Sequence record: OK272470.1
Origin: Escherichia phage JLBYU50
DNA length: 64,000 nt
Reading direction: 5' to 3' (one strand)
In this document: positions 10,413 through 18,896 of the stretch, in pieces
Numbering within the stretch: the stretch's first letter is position 1
Layout of the letters: each line of letters opens with the position of its first letter
Notes under the pieces: model-generated
Database searches by the model: none
What the model was told of the DNA's origin: nothing
What the model saw: the letters and a program-made list of their open reading frames with translations, nothing else
Translations under genes and position numbers: made by a program

Positions 10413-11899
10413 TGGCAGATTATGGTTTAACAGATGCTGGTTTTGTAATTCCAACGTTTGATGATATTTTAAATAATTATATGACAGCATTGAAAAACAC
10501 TTTCGGTGCAGATACAGCTACATCTGAAGATACTGTCTTTGGTCAACTGTTTCGTATTATTGCATATACAGATTACACCCTTTGGGAAGGTATGCAAGGT
10601 GTTTACAATACCCAAACCTTAGATGGTGCAGAAGGTATTTACCTTGATGAAATCTTCTCTAAAAGAGGTTTTTATCGTAAAGCTGCTTCTGCTGGTAGTG
10701 GTTATGCTTATGTTAAATCTAACAATAAGGCAGCTTGGACTTATGAACTAAGCACAGATGTTTATTTTAATGCTGATAACGATTTAACATATTATGTCAG
10801 TGCACCGACAATGTTGAATGCTAAGATTGGAGCATATACCATTTCTAAAGCAAACGCAACAGCTTCTGGTGAAACTTCCATTACTTTCTACATTCAAAGT
10901 GCCATTGATGGTGGGCTTAACAGTAAAACACTAAGTCCTAGCAATACAAACTTTATTGTAGACCTCACGAATTTCATTAAAGCTAACGTATCAACAACAG
11001 ATCGTGCTTTAGTATGGAATGATGCTAGTAATGTTTACATGGGTTATAATCCAGAAGATAATGTTAACCCAGTAGGTCTAGTAACACCAGTGAAATTTTA
11101 CGCATCTATTGCAATAGGTACAAAATGGAGTGAAATTCCAGTTACGTGTTCAGACGTTGGTTATAATCCAGTAGGTACAGAAAGTATTACAGGTATTTCT
11201 TCAACGTTTACAGGCTTTTTAGATACAGGTAACTTCTATCCGTTCTCTCCAGGTACAGATGTTGAAACAGATGCAGAATTCCGTTCTCGTTTCAATGATA
11301 ATATGGATGAAGCTAATGCTGCTACTCGTGCTGCTATTGTTAAAGCTCTATTACTGACAGATGGTGTGACAAAGGTTAAGATTTATGATAACCCTACACT
11401 ACACGATCAGGAACATGCTCCAGCTATGACATTCCAGACTATTGTGTATGGTGGTACAGCAGAAGAAGTTGCACAGGTTATTTATAATACTAAGCCTATT
11501 AACACCTTAACTTATGGTACGACAGCAATTACTATCATAACAGAAGATGGTGGTCAAGAAGTAATTCGTTTTTCTCCTGGGGATAATGCGGAATACTCGC
11601 TTAAACTGGTGTATCAAACTGGCAATGGTAGTGTGTTAAGTACAACAGAAAGGGAAAATATTGTTTCTGCTCTTGCAAACTTACAGGCTTATTTTGAATT
11701 AGGGTCAACAGTAACTAACGACCAGATAAAAGGTGTAATTTATTCTGCACTTGCGTTCGGACGCTTGACTTCTCTCCGTGTTTATGTTAAACTTAATACT
11801 GAGGATGACAGTAAATATAATGAGGGAGATATCACTCCAGCGTACAATGTTGTACCATCCTTTGACCTTGATAATATTTCCTACGAGTACGGAGTCTAA
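10412..11899 (+). CDS. baseplate J-like protein
   Basis: 495 aa; N-terminal MADYGLTDAGFVIPTFDDIL pattern characteristic of baseplate J family. Confidence 0.6.
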   Translation: MADYGLTDAGFVIPTFDDILNNYMTALKNTFGADTATSEDTVFGQLFRIIAYTDYTLWEGMQGVYNTQTLDGAEGIYLDEIFSKRGFYRKAASAGSGYAYVKSNNKAAWTYELSTDVYFNADNDLTYYVSAPTMLNAKIGAYTISKANATASGETSITFYIQSAIDGGLNSKTLSPSNTNFIVDLTNFIKANVSTTDRALVWNDASNVYMGYNPEDNVNPVGLVTPVKFYASIAIGTKWSEIPVTCSDVGYNPVGTESITGISSTFTGFLDTGNFYPFSPGTDVETDAEFRSRFNDNMDEANAATRAAIVKALLLTDGVTKVKIYDNPTLHDQEHAPAMTFQTIVYGGTAEEVAQVIYNTKPINTLTYGTTAITIITEDGGQEVIRFSPGDNAEYSLKLVYQTGNGSVLSTTERENIVSALANLQAYFELGSTVTNDQIKGVIYSALAFGRLTSLRVYVKLNTEDDSKYNEGDITPAYNVVPSFDLDNISYEYGV

Positions 11900-11901
11900 A
11901 A

Positions 11902-12531
11902 ATGGCAGTGAGTGTTGACCATGTGACAACGTGGGATAGTATCAATGAAGATGTTAAAGACCTACTGATTGAAGATTTTAAATCTTCTCCGAACATTGTC
12001 AAACTACTCTATATCATTTCTAGCGAAAAACAAAAGATAGATCAGGCAATGATCTATCTTGCCAAACACCGCTTAATCTCTACTGCAACTGGTAAGTATT
12101 TAGATCTTATTGGTGAAGAAATGGGGATGGAAAGAAATGGTGCTACAGATGAAGAGTATCGTACAATATTAAAAATCAGGGCTTATCGTGTTGCGTCTTC
12201 TGGTACGCGAGATGATATCATTGATATGTTCGCTCGTTTTACAGGAACAGAAAAAGAAACGATTAATACATACGTTGGATTAAATAAAACATTCGACGTA
12301 TTCTTTTATAATTTGTGTCTACAATCCGATCAGGCAGTAGCACAGTTACTTAACGTTTTCCCGATCCTAAGTAGTTATCGCTTAGGTGCGAAAGCGGGTT
12401 CAGCCTTTGGTTTCACTTCCTATTATGCCACAAAGCCACCTCATGGTATAGGTGGTTTAGGTTCTCTTTACACAGAGGCTGAAGGAGATGATACAGGGCG
12501 AATGACTATGCTGATAGCTCAAATAGAATAA
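11902..12531 (+). CDS. baseplate/tail protein (gpI-like position)
   Basis: Follows baseplate J gene with 2-nt gap; 209 aa. Confidence 0.45.
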   Translation: MAVSVDHVTTWDSINEDVKDLLIEDFKSSPNIVKLLYIISSEKQKIDQAMIYLAKHRLISTATGKYLDLIGEEMGMERNGATDEEYRTILKIRAYRVASSGTRDDIIDMFARFTGTEKETINTYVGLNKTFDVFFYNLCLQSDQAVAQLLNVFPILSSYRLGAKAGSAFGFTSYYATKPPHGIGGLGSLYTEAEGDDTGRMTMLIAQIE

Positions 12532-12544
12532 GGAGTTACCCTTA

Positions 12545-13528
12545 ATGGCAAAGCCACAATACTACCCTGACTGGGCGACACAAACAGTAACCCTCCCAGG
12601 AACGGGAAACACAAACAAGATTAGACCAAAAGAAACCATCCGTAATGTTGGTATGGACTTTGGTCAGATTATGACTTGTGAAGAAATGAACTGGATCTTA
12701 AACAATATTGGGTCTTGGATTCGCTATATGCAAGATGAATTCTTCCCAACATTGCCTACGACATATCTTCCTATAGTCGGTACTAAAATTACAATGGCAG
12801 GTGATGCTACAGGTGAAGTTACATGGAATGGTAATGCTGCTGTAACATTGTCTATTCAAGTAGTAGATAACAGCCATAATCACTTATCAGCTAACATTAC
12901 AGACGCAACATCAAACCAAGTTGTAGGGAATGTCCTTGTTAAGCGTGATAATGGTGGTGCTATCTATGCAGGTGATATTTACACTTGTGGTACAGGTGCT
13001 ACAGATCCTGCAACATTATTTTTTAGAAACTACAACGGACAAACAGTAGGTAATATGTCCTCTGAACCAGGTGCAGGTGGTCAACTCTATATTTATAGAA
13101 TAAATCCATCTACTGGAGGAACATCTTGTGGAGTCCGTTTGTATGATGCAGGTTATGTTTTAATAGACAATCCTCGTTCTAATTCTGGTCAAGATACTGG
13201 TAATGGTAATGCTCTTGTAAGATTAGATTATCTTAACTCAAGACTAAACTCATTGCAAAGCACACTGCAAAATAATATTAACAACGTTAATAGCAACTTG
13301 CAAGGCCAAATTAATAACATTAACAATAGAGTTTCTTCTGTTGTGTCTGGTATTCGTCTAGGAGCACGTATCCAAGCTGGTGTGTCTGAGTCTCGTTTCT
13401 ATGCTGGTCACGTGATCACAGGTTGGGGCTTTGGTGATAAGAAAGAACTTCGTGGTGCTTGGTATTGGTCAGCCCCGCTACAATATTATATTAATGGTAG
13501 CTGGATAACAGTAACCAACGTTTCATAA
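12545..13528 (+). CDS. tail fibre protein (short)
   Basis: Asn/Gln-rich heptad region NNINNVNSNLQGQINNINNR; RBS aaggag. Confidence 0.5.
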   Translation: MAKPQYYPDWATQTVTLPGTGNTNKIRPKETIRNVGMDFGQIMTCEEMNWILNNIGSWIRYMQDEFFPTLPTTYLPIVGTKITMAGDATGEVTWNGNAAVTLSIQVVDNSHNHLSANITDATSNQVVGNVLVKRDNGGAIYAGDIYTCGTGATDPATLFFRNYNGQTVGNMSSEPGAGGQLYIYRINPSTGGTSCGVRLYDAGYVLIDNPRSNSGQDTGNGNALVRLDYLNSRLNSLQSTLQNNINNVNSNLQGQINNINNRVSSVVSGIRLGARIQAGVSESRFYAGHVITGWGFGDKKELRGAWYWSAPLQYYINGSWITVTNVS

Positions 13529-13537
13529 GGAGAGTCT

Positions 13538-14089
13538 ATGAAAAAAGATGTTATTTTTACAGGTTTTGAATTGTACGAACCGGAATTAACAGAGGAAAAC
13601 ATTCTTTATCTTTCTGTTGGCGGTGGTTTTTTGCAAGACAAGGATGGTAATGATTGGTATCAACTTCAAAAAACCTTGATGGCTGAATATCCCGACGCTT
13701 ATTTTATTACCTTAGATGATAATAATATTGTACGTGGTGCTACTAAAGATGTTACTACCTATTTCCCTGCCGGACAATCTATTTTAGTTACATATAATGC
13801 ACCAGATAAAATAGAAGATGAAAGTAATATTGGCTCTTGGCAATATGTTAAAGGTAAATTTGTTCCTCACAATAGTCTTGCTATTGAAGATGCTACTCTT
13901 AAGTTAGAAAAGGAGTTAACTTGGGCTACGAATCAAGTGTCTGCGATTCAAGATTTAGAGGAATTACAAGGTTTATCTGAAGAACAAAAAGATTGGTTAG
14001 GAAAAGTTAAACTCTATCGTGCAACATTAATTCAAATTAACGTTGAAGATGCACCTAATATAACTTGGCCTACAAGACCTAAGAAATAG
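13538..14089 (+). CDS. hypothetical protein (possible tail fibre assembly factor)
   Basis: RBS aaggagag; position downstream of fibre gene. Confidence 0.4.
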   Translation: MKKDVIFTGFELYEPELTEENILYLSVGGGFLQDKDGNDWYQLQKTLMAEYPDAYFITLDDNNIVRGATKDVTTYFPAGQSILVTYNAPDKIEDESNIGSWQYVKGKFVPHNSLAIEDATLKLEKELTWATNQVSAIQDLEELQGLSEEQKDWLGKVKLYRATLIQINVEDAPNITWPTRPKK

Positions 14090-14098
14090 GGGCAATGT

Positions 14099-14440
14099 AT
14101 GGAGCTAACAGAAGTATGGGATATCGCTAAAGAGGCGATTATCCCTCTTATTGGCGTAATCTGGGTGGTCTTCAAACAGAAGATAGATGATATGGCAAGT
14201 GATTTGGATAAAATGGAAGACAAATACCGCGAACTAGAAAAGAAGTTGGTGTTTGTTGAATCCACTTATGCTACCAAAGCGGAACTTGCTCAAATGCTTA
14301 ACCAGATCAACTCTACATTAATGGCAAATAACACTGCCTTAGAACAGAAGATTGAAAAAATAATGGATTTAAAAAATGCTCCTGTTCAATTAATGTTAGA
14401 GGAGATTACGAAGCGCACACAAAGTAAGGACAAAAATTAA
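14099..14440 (+). CDS. membrane-anchored coiled-coil protein
   Basis: N-terminal hydrophobic helix IIPLIGVIWVVF followed by charged coiled-coil. Confidence 0.45.
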   Translation: MELTEVWDIAKEAIIPLIGVIWVVFKQKIDDMASDLDKMEDKYRELEKKLVFVESTYATKAELAQMLNQINSTLMANNTALEQKIEKIMDLKNAPVQLMLEEITKRTQSKDKN

Positions 14441-16854
14441 TGGCGAATTTTCCAACATATCCTGCTACGACACTAGAACAAGGTGTTGATCTGGTTATAT
14501 TCTCGTCTAACCAGATGCATGATGTTATTAATGGGGATGCTACAGCAACTGTAGAAACCGAAACAGGTTTAATACCTACACTGCGTAAAGCACTTGTTGA
14601 TAACTTCTTCTTTAAGAGTCCTGTTGCTTGGTCAGCAGGATCAACTGAAACTGTATTTAACCAGTTACGTTATTTTGAAAACGGTATCTTGAGTGGGTAC
14701 TATTATGCCCCATCTGCCACTACTGCGAACCCTGTACCTATGCAGGGAACACCTGTAGGAGACAGTAACTGGACTCTGTACGCTCTTAAAACTGAACAGT
14801 TAGCTTCAGATGTGTATCCTTGGTATTTTAAAGGTGCTACAGGATATGAAACAGAAATCAGTCCTCCTTATATCTTTGATAATGCTATTGTCACCATTAA
14901 CGGTGTAATTCAGATTCAAGGTGAAGCATTTACTATCAAAGATAGTAAAATTATTCTGGCAGAACCATTAGGTTTAGATCCGTCTACTGGTCTACCTAAC
15001 AAATTGTTTGCTTTTATTGGTAAAACAACAGCCTCTACTTCTTACGTAGAGAAAAACCTTTTGTCATCCACCACTGGTGCAGCAATGGTTGGTCTTCCAT
15101 CTGGAGGCAACCTGTTACAAGCTCAATACTTTGTAACGCCTGAGCAGTTTGGTGCAATTGGTGATGGAGTTACCGATGATACTCAAGCAATTTTAAAAAC
15201 CATTACTTTCGCTAACACGAATAACATTCAAGTACGTGCAGATAAGAATTATAGATTCACAAGCTCAATTGCTATGTCTGGTATTCGTTGGTATGGTGGT
15301 ACATTCACTGGTAACGGTGGAACAATGATTTCTACTGTGTCCTGTTGGATGGAAAACGTTCGCTTTGAAAAATGTTATGTTAAGATGTTAGGTGGTGATT
15401 GCCGATTCTATCGTAATATCTTCTCCAATGCAACATCTACAGCAGCATTCTTAATGCAAGCAATGACAAGTGAAGGTACGTTGGACTTCAGTTACAACGA
15501 AATGTATGGTTGTAAATATGCGATCCTGCAACAAGGTACTGGAGAAGTAATGACCTACGGGCGTTACTCTAACAACTATATTCACGATATTAAAGGTGAT
15601 GCTATTGAACTTAACGTAGTTCAAAAACACTACACTGAAGGTTTGATTATCGAGAATAACCACATTGCTAACGTAGATGCTTCTGGACAAGGGGCAAACT
15701 GGGGTATTGGTATTGGTGTAGCAGGTAGTGGCCCATATGGTGTTGATGTTCCTGATTCACAATATGTACGTAATTTCAGTATCGTTGGGAATAGGGTTTA
15801 CAATTGCCGTCAATGTTTACACGTTGAAATGGGTAAAAACTTCACAATACGTGATAATGAAGTTTATCCTAACACAGCAGTTTCAACAGGTACAGGTTTA
15901 ACTACTTGTGGTGTTGCATTATACGGATGCCAAGATTTTGAAGTTGATGGTTTAACTGGTTATCTGCTTAATGATCCATCTGTTTCAACACGCATGGTCT
16001 TTATTGACTGGGGTGTTAACAGTGGAAGATATGCGGGGCCACCAATTAACTTTACAATTAAGAATTTGGATATTCCAGAATCTTCAATTGAGATTGCAAC
16101 ATCTGGATCAGATGACTGGGAAAACTCTACAATTGTTAGTAATATCAATTGTAATGTTTTTAAATGGCGTGGGCTACCATCTAGCTCTACCTTTAATAAT
16201 ATTCGTTGCCGTAGTATTGACTTTATTGGTCAACACGGAAGCGGAGAAGGAAGTGGTGGCGGTTTCTATACTCGCAGCCAATTCACGTATATGAAGTGGG
16301 TAGGATGTACAGCACTTAGCGGAGATGAAACAACAGTTTCTTTTGCTAAAATCTACACTGATCGTTGCGATCAGGTTGGAAATAACTTTGGTGTTCCAAC
16401 TGCTGTTGATGGTACAGGTCATCGTGGGCCAGTTTTAACTACTATTTCTGAACAATATTTTACAGCTTATGATGAATTCCCAGGTGGGCGTGAATTCCCT
16501 ACTGGAACAGTTATTCATTGTGCAAGCGGTAAAAAACATGTTGTTACAGTAGGTGGTGCTTTCTTTAGTGCCAACGAGAAAATAAAAGCAACTGTTACAG
16601 GTCAAACCTATCTACAGTCTAATGCTTTAAACTGGGCTAGTAATGGCTACGCTAAAGCAGCAGGTACTAAGATTGTTATTCCAGGTGCAGGTGCAAATGG
16701 CGGCGATCTTGTGACAACTATAGCACGTGCTACATATGTGACAAATAGTTTGTACACAATAGATATTGCAGATCCAATTGTAACACCTACAGCAGAGAAT
16801 ACACAAATTAAAGCTCTGAACCCTGTTACTTTTGTTACTGTCAATAATGCTTAA
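14440..16854 (+). CDS. tailspike with pectate-lyase-like right-handed beta-helix
   Basis: 804 aa; repeated N/G/T-rich beta-helix rungs; terminator downstream. Confidence 0.6.
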   Translation: MANFPTYPATTLEQGVDLVIFSSNQMHDVINGDATATVETETGLIPTLRKALVDNFFFKSPVAWSAGSTETVFNQLRYFENGILSGYYYAPSATTANPVPMQGTPVGDSNWTLYALKTEQLASDVYPWYFKGATGYETEISPPYIFDNAIVTINGVIQIQGEAFTIKDSKIILAEPLGLDPSTGLPNKLFAFIGKTTASTSYVEKNLLSSTTGAAMVGLPSGGNLLQAQYFVTPEQFGAIGDGVTDDTQAILKTITFANTNNIQVRADKNYRFTSSIAMSGIRWYGGTFTGNGGTMISTVSCWMENVRFEKCYVKMLGGDCRFYRNIFSNATSTAAFLMQAMTSEGTLDFSYNEMYGCKYAILQQGTGEVMTYGRYSNNYIHDIKGDAIELNVVQKHYTEGLIIENNHIANVDASGQGANWGIGIGVAGSGPYGVDVPDSQYVRNFSIVGNRVYNCRQCLHVEMGKNFTIRDNEVYPNTAVSTGTGLTTCGVALYGCQDFEVDGLTGYLLNDPSVSTRMVFIDWGVNSGRYAGPPINFTIKNLDIPESSIEIATSGSDDWENSTIVSNINCNVFKWRGLPSSSTFNNIRCRSIDFIGQHGSGEGSGGGFYTRSQFTYMKWVGCTALSGDETTVSFAKIYTDRCDQVGNNFGVPTAVDGTGHRGPVLTTISEQYFTAYDEFPGGREFPTGTVIHCASGKKHVVTVGGAFFSANEKIKATVTGQTYLQSNALNWASNGYAKAAGTKIVIPGAGANGGDLVTTIARATYVTNSLYTIDIADPIVTPTAENTQIKALNPVTFVTVNNA

Positions 16855-16856
16855 TT

Positions 16857-16880
16857 AAAAAGGGGCGAAAGCCCCTTTAT
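16857..16880 (+). terminator. rho-independent terminator
   Basis: aggggc-gaaa-gcccct hairpin followed by TTTAT. Confidence 0.65.
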
Positions 16881-16895
16881 AAAAGGAGTAGTAAA

Positions 16896-18857
16896 GTGAT
16901 TTTAACACGTCCAAATAGTGCCATTGCAGACATGGTAGAGTCTCGCTATAGAAAGCGTAGAAGTTTTGCAAGTGGTTTTACCTTAAGAGATGCTCGTGAA
17001 GCATTGCTCTTTGAAGCTGACGGTAACTACTATCAGTGGAAAGGTTCTCTACCTAAAGTTGTACCTGCTAACTCTACTCCTACATCTACTGGAGGGATTT
17101 CAGATACAGCTTGGAAAAATGTGGGTAATGCAGATGACATTGCTCAAATAGAATCAGAATTAGATGCTATTGAAGCTGAAATTGAAGATCTTAGAGAATC
17201 CATTCCAGAAGCTGGTAAATCAGCTTACCAGATTGCCGTAGACAATGGTTTCCAAGGTACTGAGACAGACTGGTTGGCTTCTTTAAAAGGTGATCCAGGT
17301 GCTCCATTAAAGCTGCTAGGGACGCTATCTAATACCAACCAATTACCTACAACTGGAAACAATGCAGGAGATGCATGGATTGTAGGCGAGAATATGTATG
17401 CTTGGGATGGTACTGCTTGGAGAAAAGTAAACTCACAGGGGCCAGAAGGTAAATCAGCTTATCAAGTTTGGCTTGCAGCAGGAAACCAAGGTACAGAACT
17501 AGATTATCTTGCTTCAATTAAAGGTGATAAAGGGGAACCTGGCCCAGAGGGGCCACAAGGTGTGCCAGGTAACAATGCTAATGGTTTTGATTACCAAGGT
17601 GCAGCTAATTCCGTTTCAGATCTTCCTTCTGCATCTCCTGGAAACACATCTCAAGCATGGAGTATTGGTACATATCTATACGTGTCAAACGGTGTAGAAT
17701 GGATCAATATGGGCGCTATAGTGGGGCCAAAAGGAGATAAAGGCGACAAAGGAGATAAGGGTAACACTGGTGATTCTGCTTATCAAGTCTGGTTAAATGC
17801 TGGTAACGTTGGTACTATTGACGAATATATTGCCTCTCTGAAAGGAGAAAAAGGTGATAAGGGAGACAAGGGTGATCAAGGTGAGCAGGGTATACAAGGC
17901 TTGACGGGGCCAACTGGTGCAGGGTTGACAATTATTGATATTCTGACTGACACTTCTGAACTACCACAAACTGGAGAAGATGGTGATGGTTATCTGATCA
18001 ATAATGAACTTTGGGTTTGGTTGCAAGGAGCCACACAGTGGACAAATGTTGGTCGTTTAGCTGGTACTCCAATCACTGCAAAAGGACACGTTGCGTCTGC
18101 AAGTGCACTTCCTCCTACAGCCAATTACGGTGATGCTTATCTGACGGAAGATACAGGTCATCTTTACATTTACACCTATGATGAACAAACTCAAACTGCT
18201 GAATATGTAGATATGGGTAGTTTGAAAGGTGATAAGGGTGAAAAAGGTGACGCTGGTACTAACGGTACAGACGGTGCAACTTGGATTGTTAAAACAACAG
18301 ATCCAATCTCTAGTGATGGTAAACAAGGTGATTATGCCTTTAATATCTCCACTGGCGAGGTGTTCTTAAAAACATCTGCAACTGCCTGGACTTCTCAAGG
18401 TACACTGCCTAGCATCACAGATGCACCTAGTGACGGTAAAATTTATGCTCGTAAAGATGGAGCATGGGAAGAACTCACTAGTTCTGTAGATGGTCAAGAT
18501 ATAGTTCCAACAAAAGTAACAGCTAATTTTATAGAGGTTACAGCATACACCAACAACTCTGTTACAGGTGACTGGACACCTCCAGGAACACATAACATGA
18601 ATGTGTTGAATCTTACTGGTAACGCTACTATAAAAGCATGGCCTGGTGTCGAAGATAGCACAAAACCTAAACCATTCTCTGCAATAGTTTATCTTATCCA
18701 AGATGCCACTGGGGGTCATACTGTTACTTTAGATCCATCTTACAAAGTAATTGGTTCTAGTGATATTAATACAGATCCTAACGGAGTAACAATACTACAA
18801 CTAACATATTGTGGTATTGGCGATTACGTGGATGCTATTGTTGCTAAACGCACATAA
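16896..18857 (+). CDS. collagen-like repeat tail fibre (GTG start)
   Basis: Gly-X-Y tracts GDKGEPGPEGPQGVPG and GPKGDKGDKGDKGNTG; RBS aaggag 7 nt before GTG. Confidence 0.65.
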   Translation: MILTRPNSAIADMVESRYRKRRSFASGFTLRDAREALLFEADGNYYQWKGSLPKVVPANSTPTSTGGISDTAWKNVGNADDIAQIESELDAIEAEIEDLRESIPEAGKSAYQIAVDNGFQGTETDWLASLKGDPGAPLKLLGTLSNTNQLPTTGNNAGDAWIVGENMYAWDGTAWRKVNSQGPEGKSAYQVWLAAGNQGTELDYLASIKGDKGEPGPEGPQGVPGNNANGFDYQGAANSVSDLPSASPGNTSQAWSIGTYLYVSNGVEWINMGAIVGPKGDKGDKGDKGNTGDSAYQVWLNAGNVGTIDEYIASLKGEKGDKGDKGDQGEQGIQGLTGPTGAGLTIIDILTDTSELPQTGEDGDGYLINNELWVWLQGATQWTNVGRLAGTPITAKGHVASASALPPTANYGDAYLTEDTGHLYIYTYDEQTQTAEYVDMGSLKGDKGEKGDAGTNGTDGATWIVKTTDPISSDGKQGDYAFNISTGEVFLKTSATAWTSQGTLPSITDAPSDGKIYARKDGAWEELTSSVDGQDIVPTKVTANFIEVTAYTNNSVTGDWTPPGTHNMNVLNLTGNATIKAWPGVEDSTKPKPFSAIVYLIQDATGGHTVTLDPSYKVIGSSDINTDPNGVTILQLTYCGIGDYVDAIVAKRT

Positions 18858-18858
18858 T

Positions 18859-18885
18859 CAAAGCCCCTTCGGGGGCTTATTGTTT
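18859..18885 (+). terminator. rho-independent terminator
   Basis: aagcccc-ttcg-ggggctt hairpin then ATTGTTT. Confidence 0.65.
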
Positions 18886-18896
18886 AAGGAGATTAA

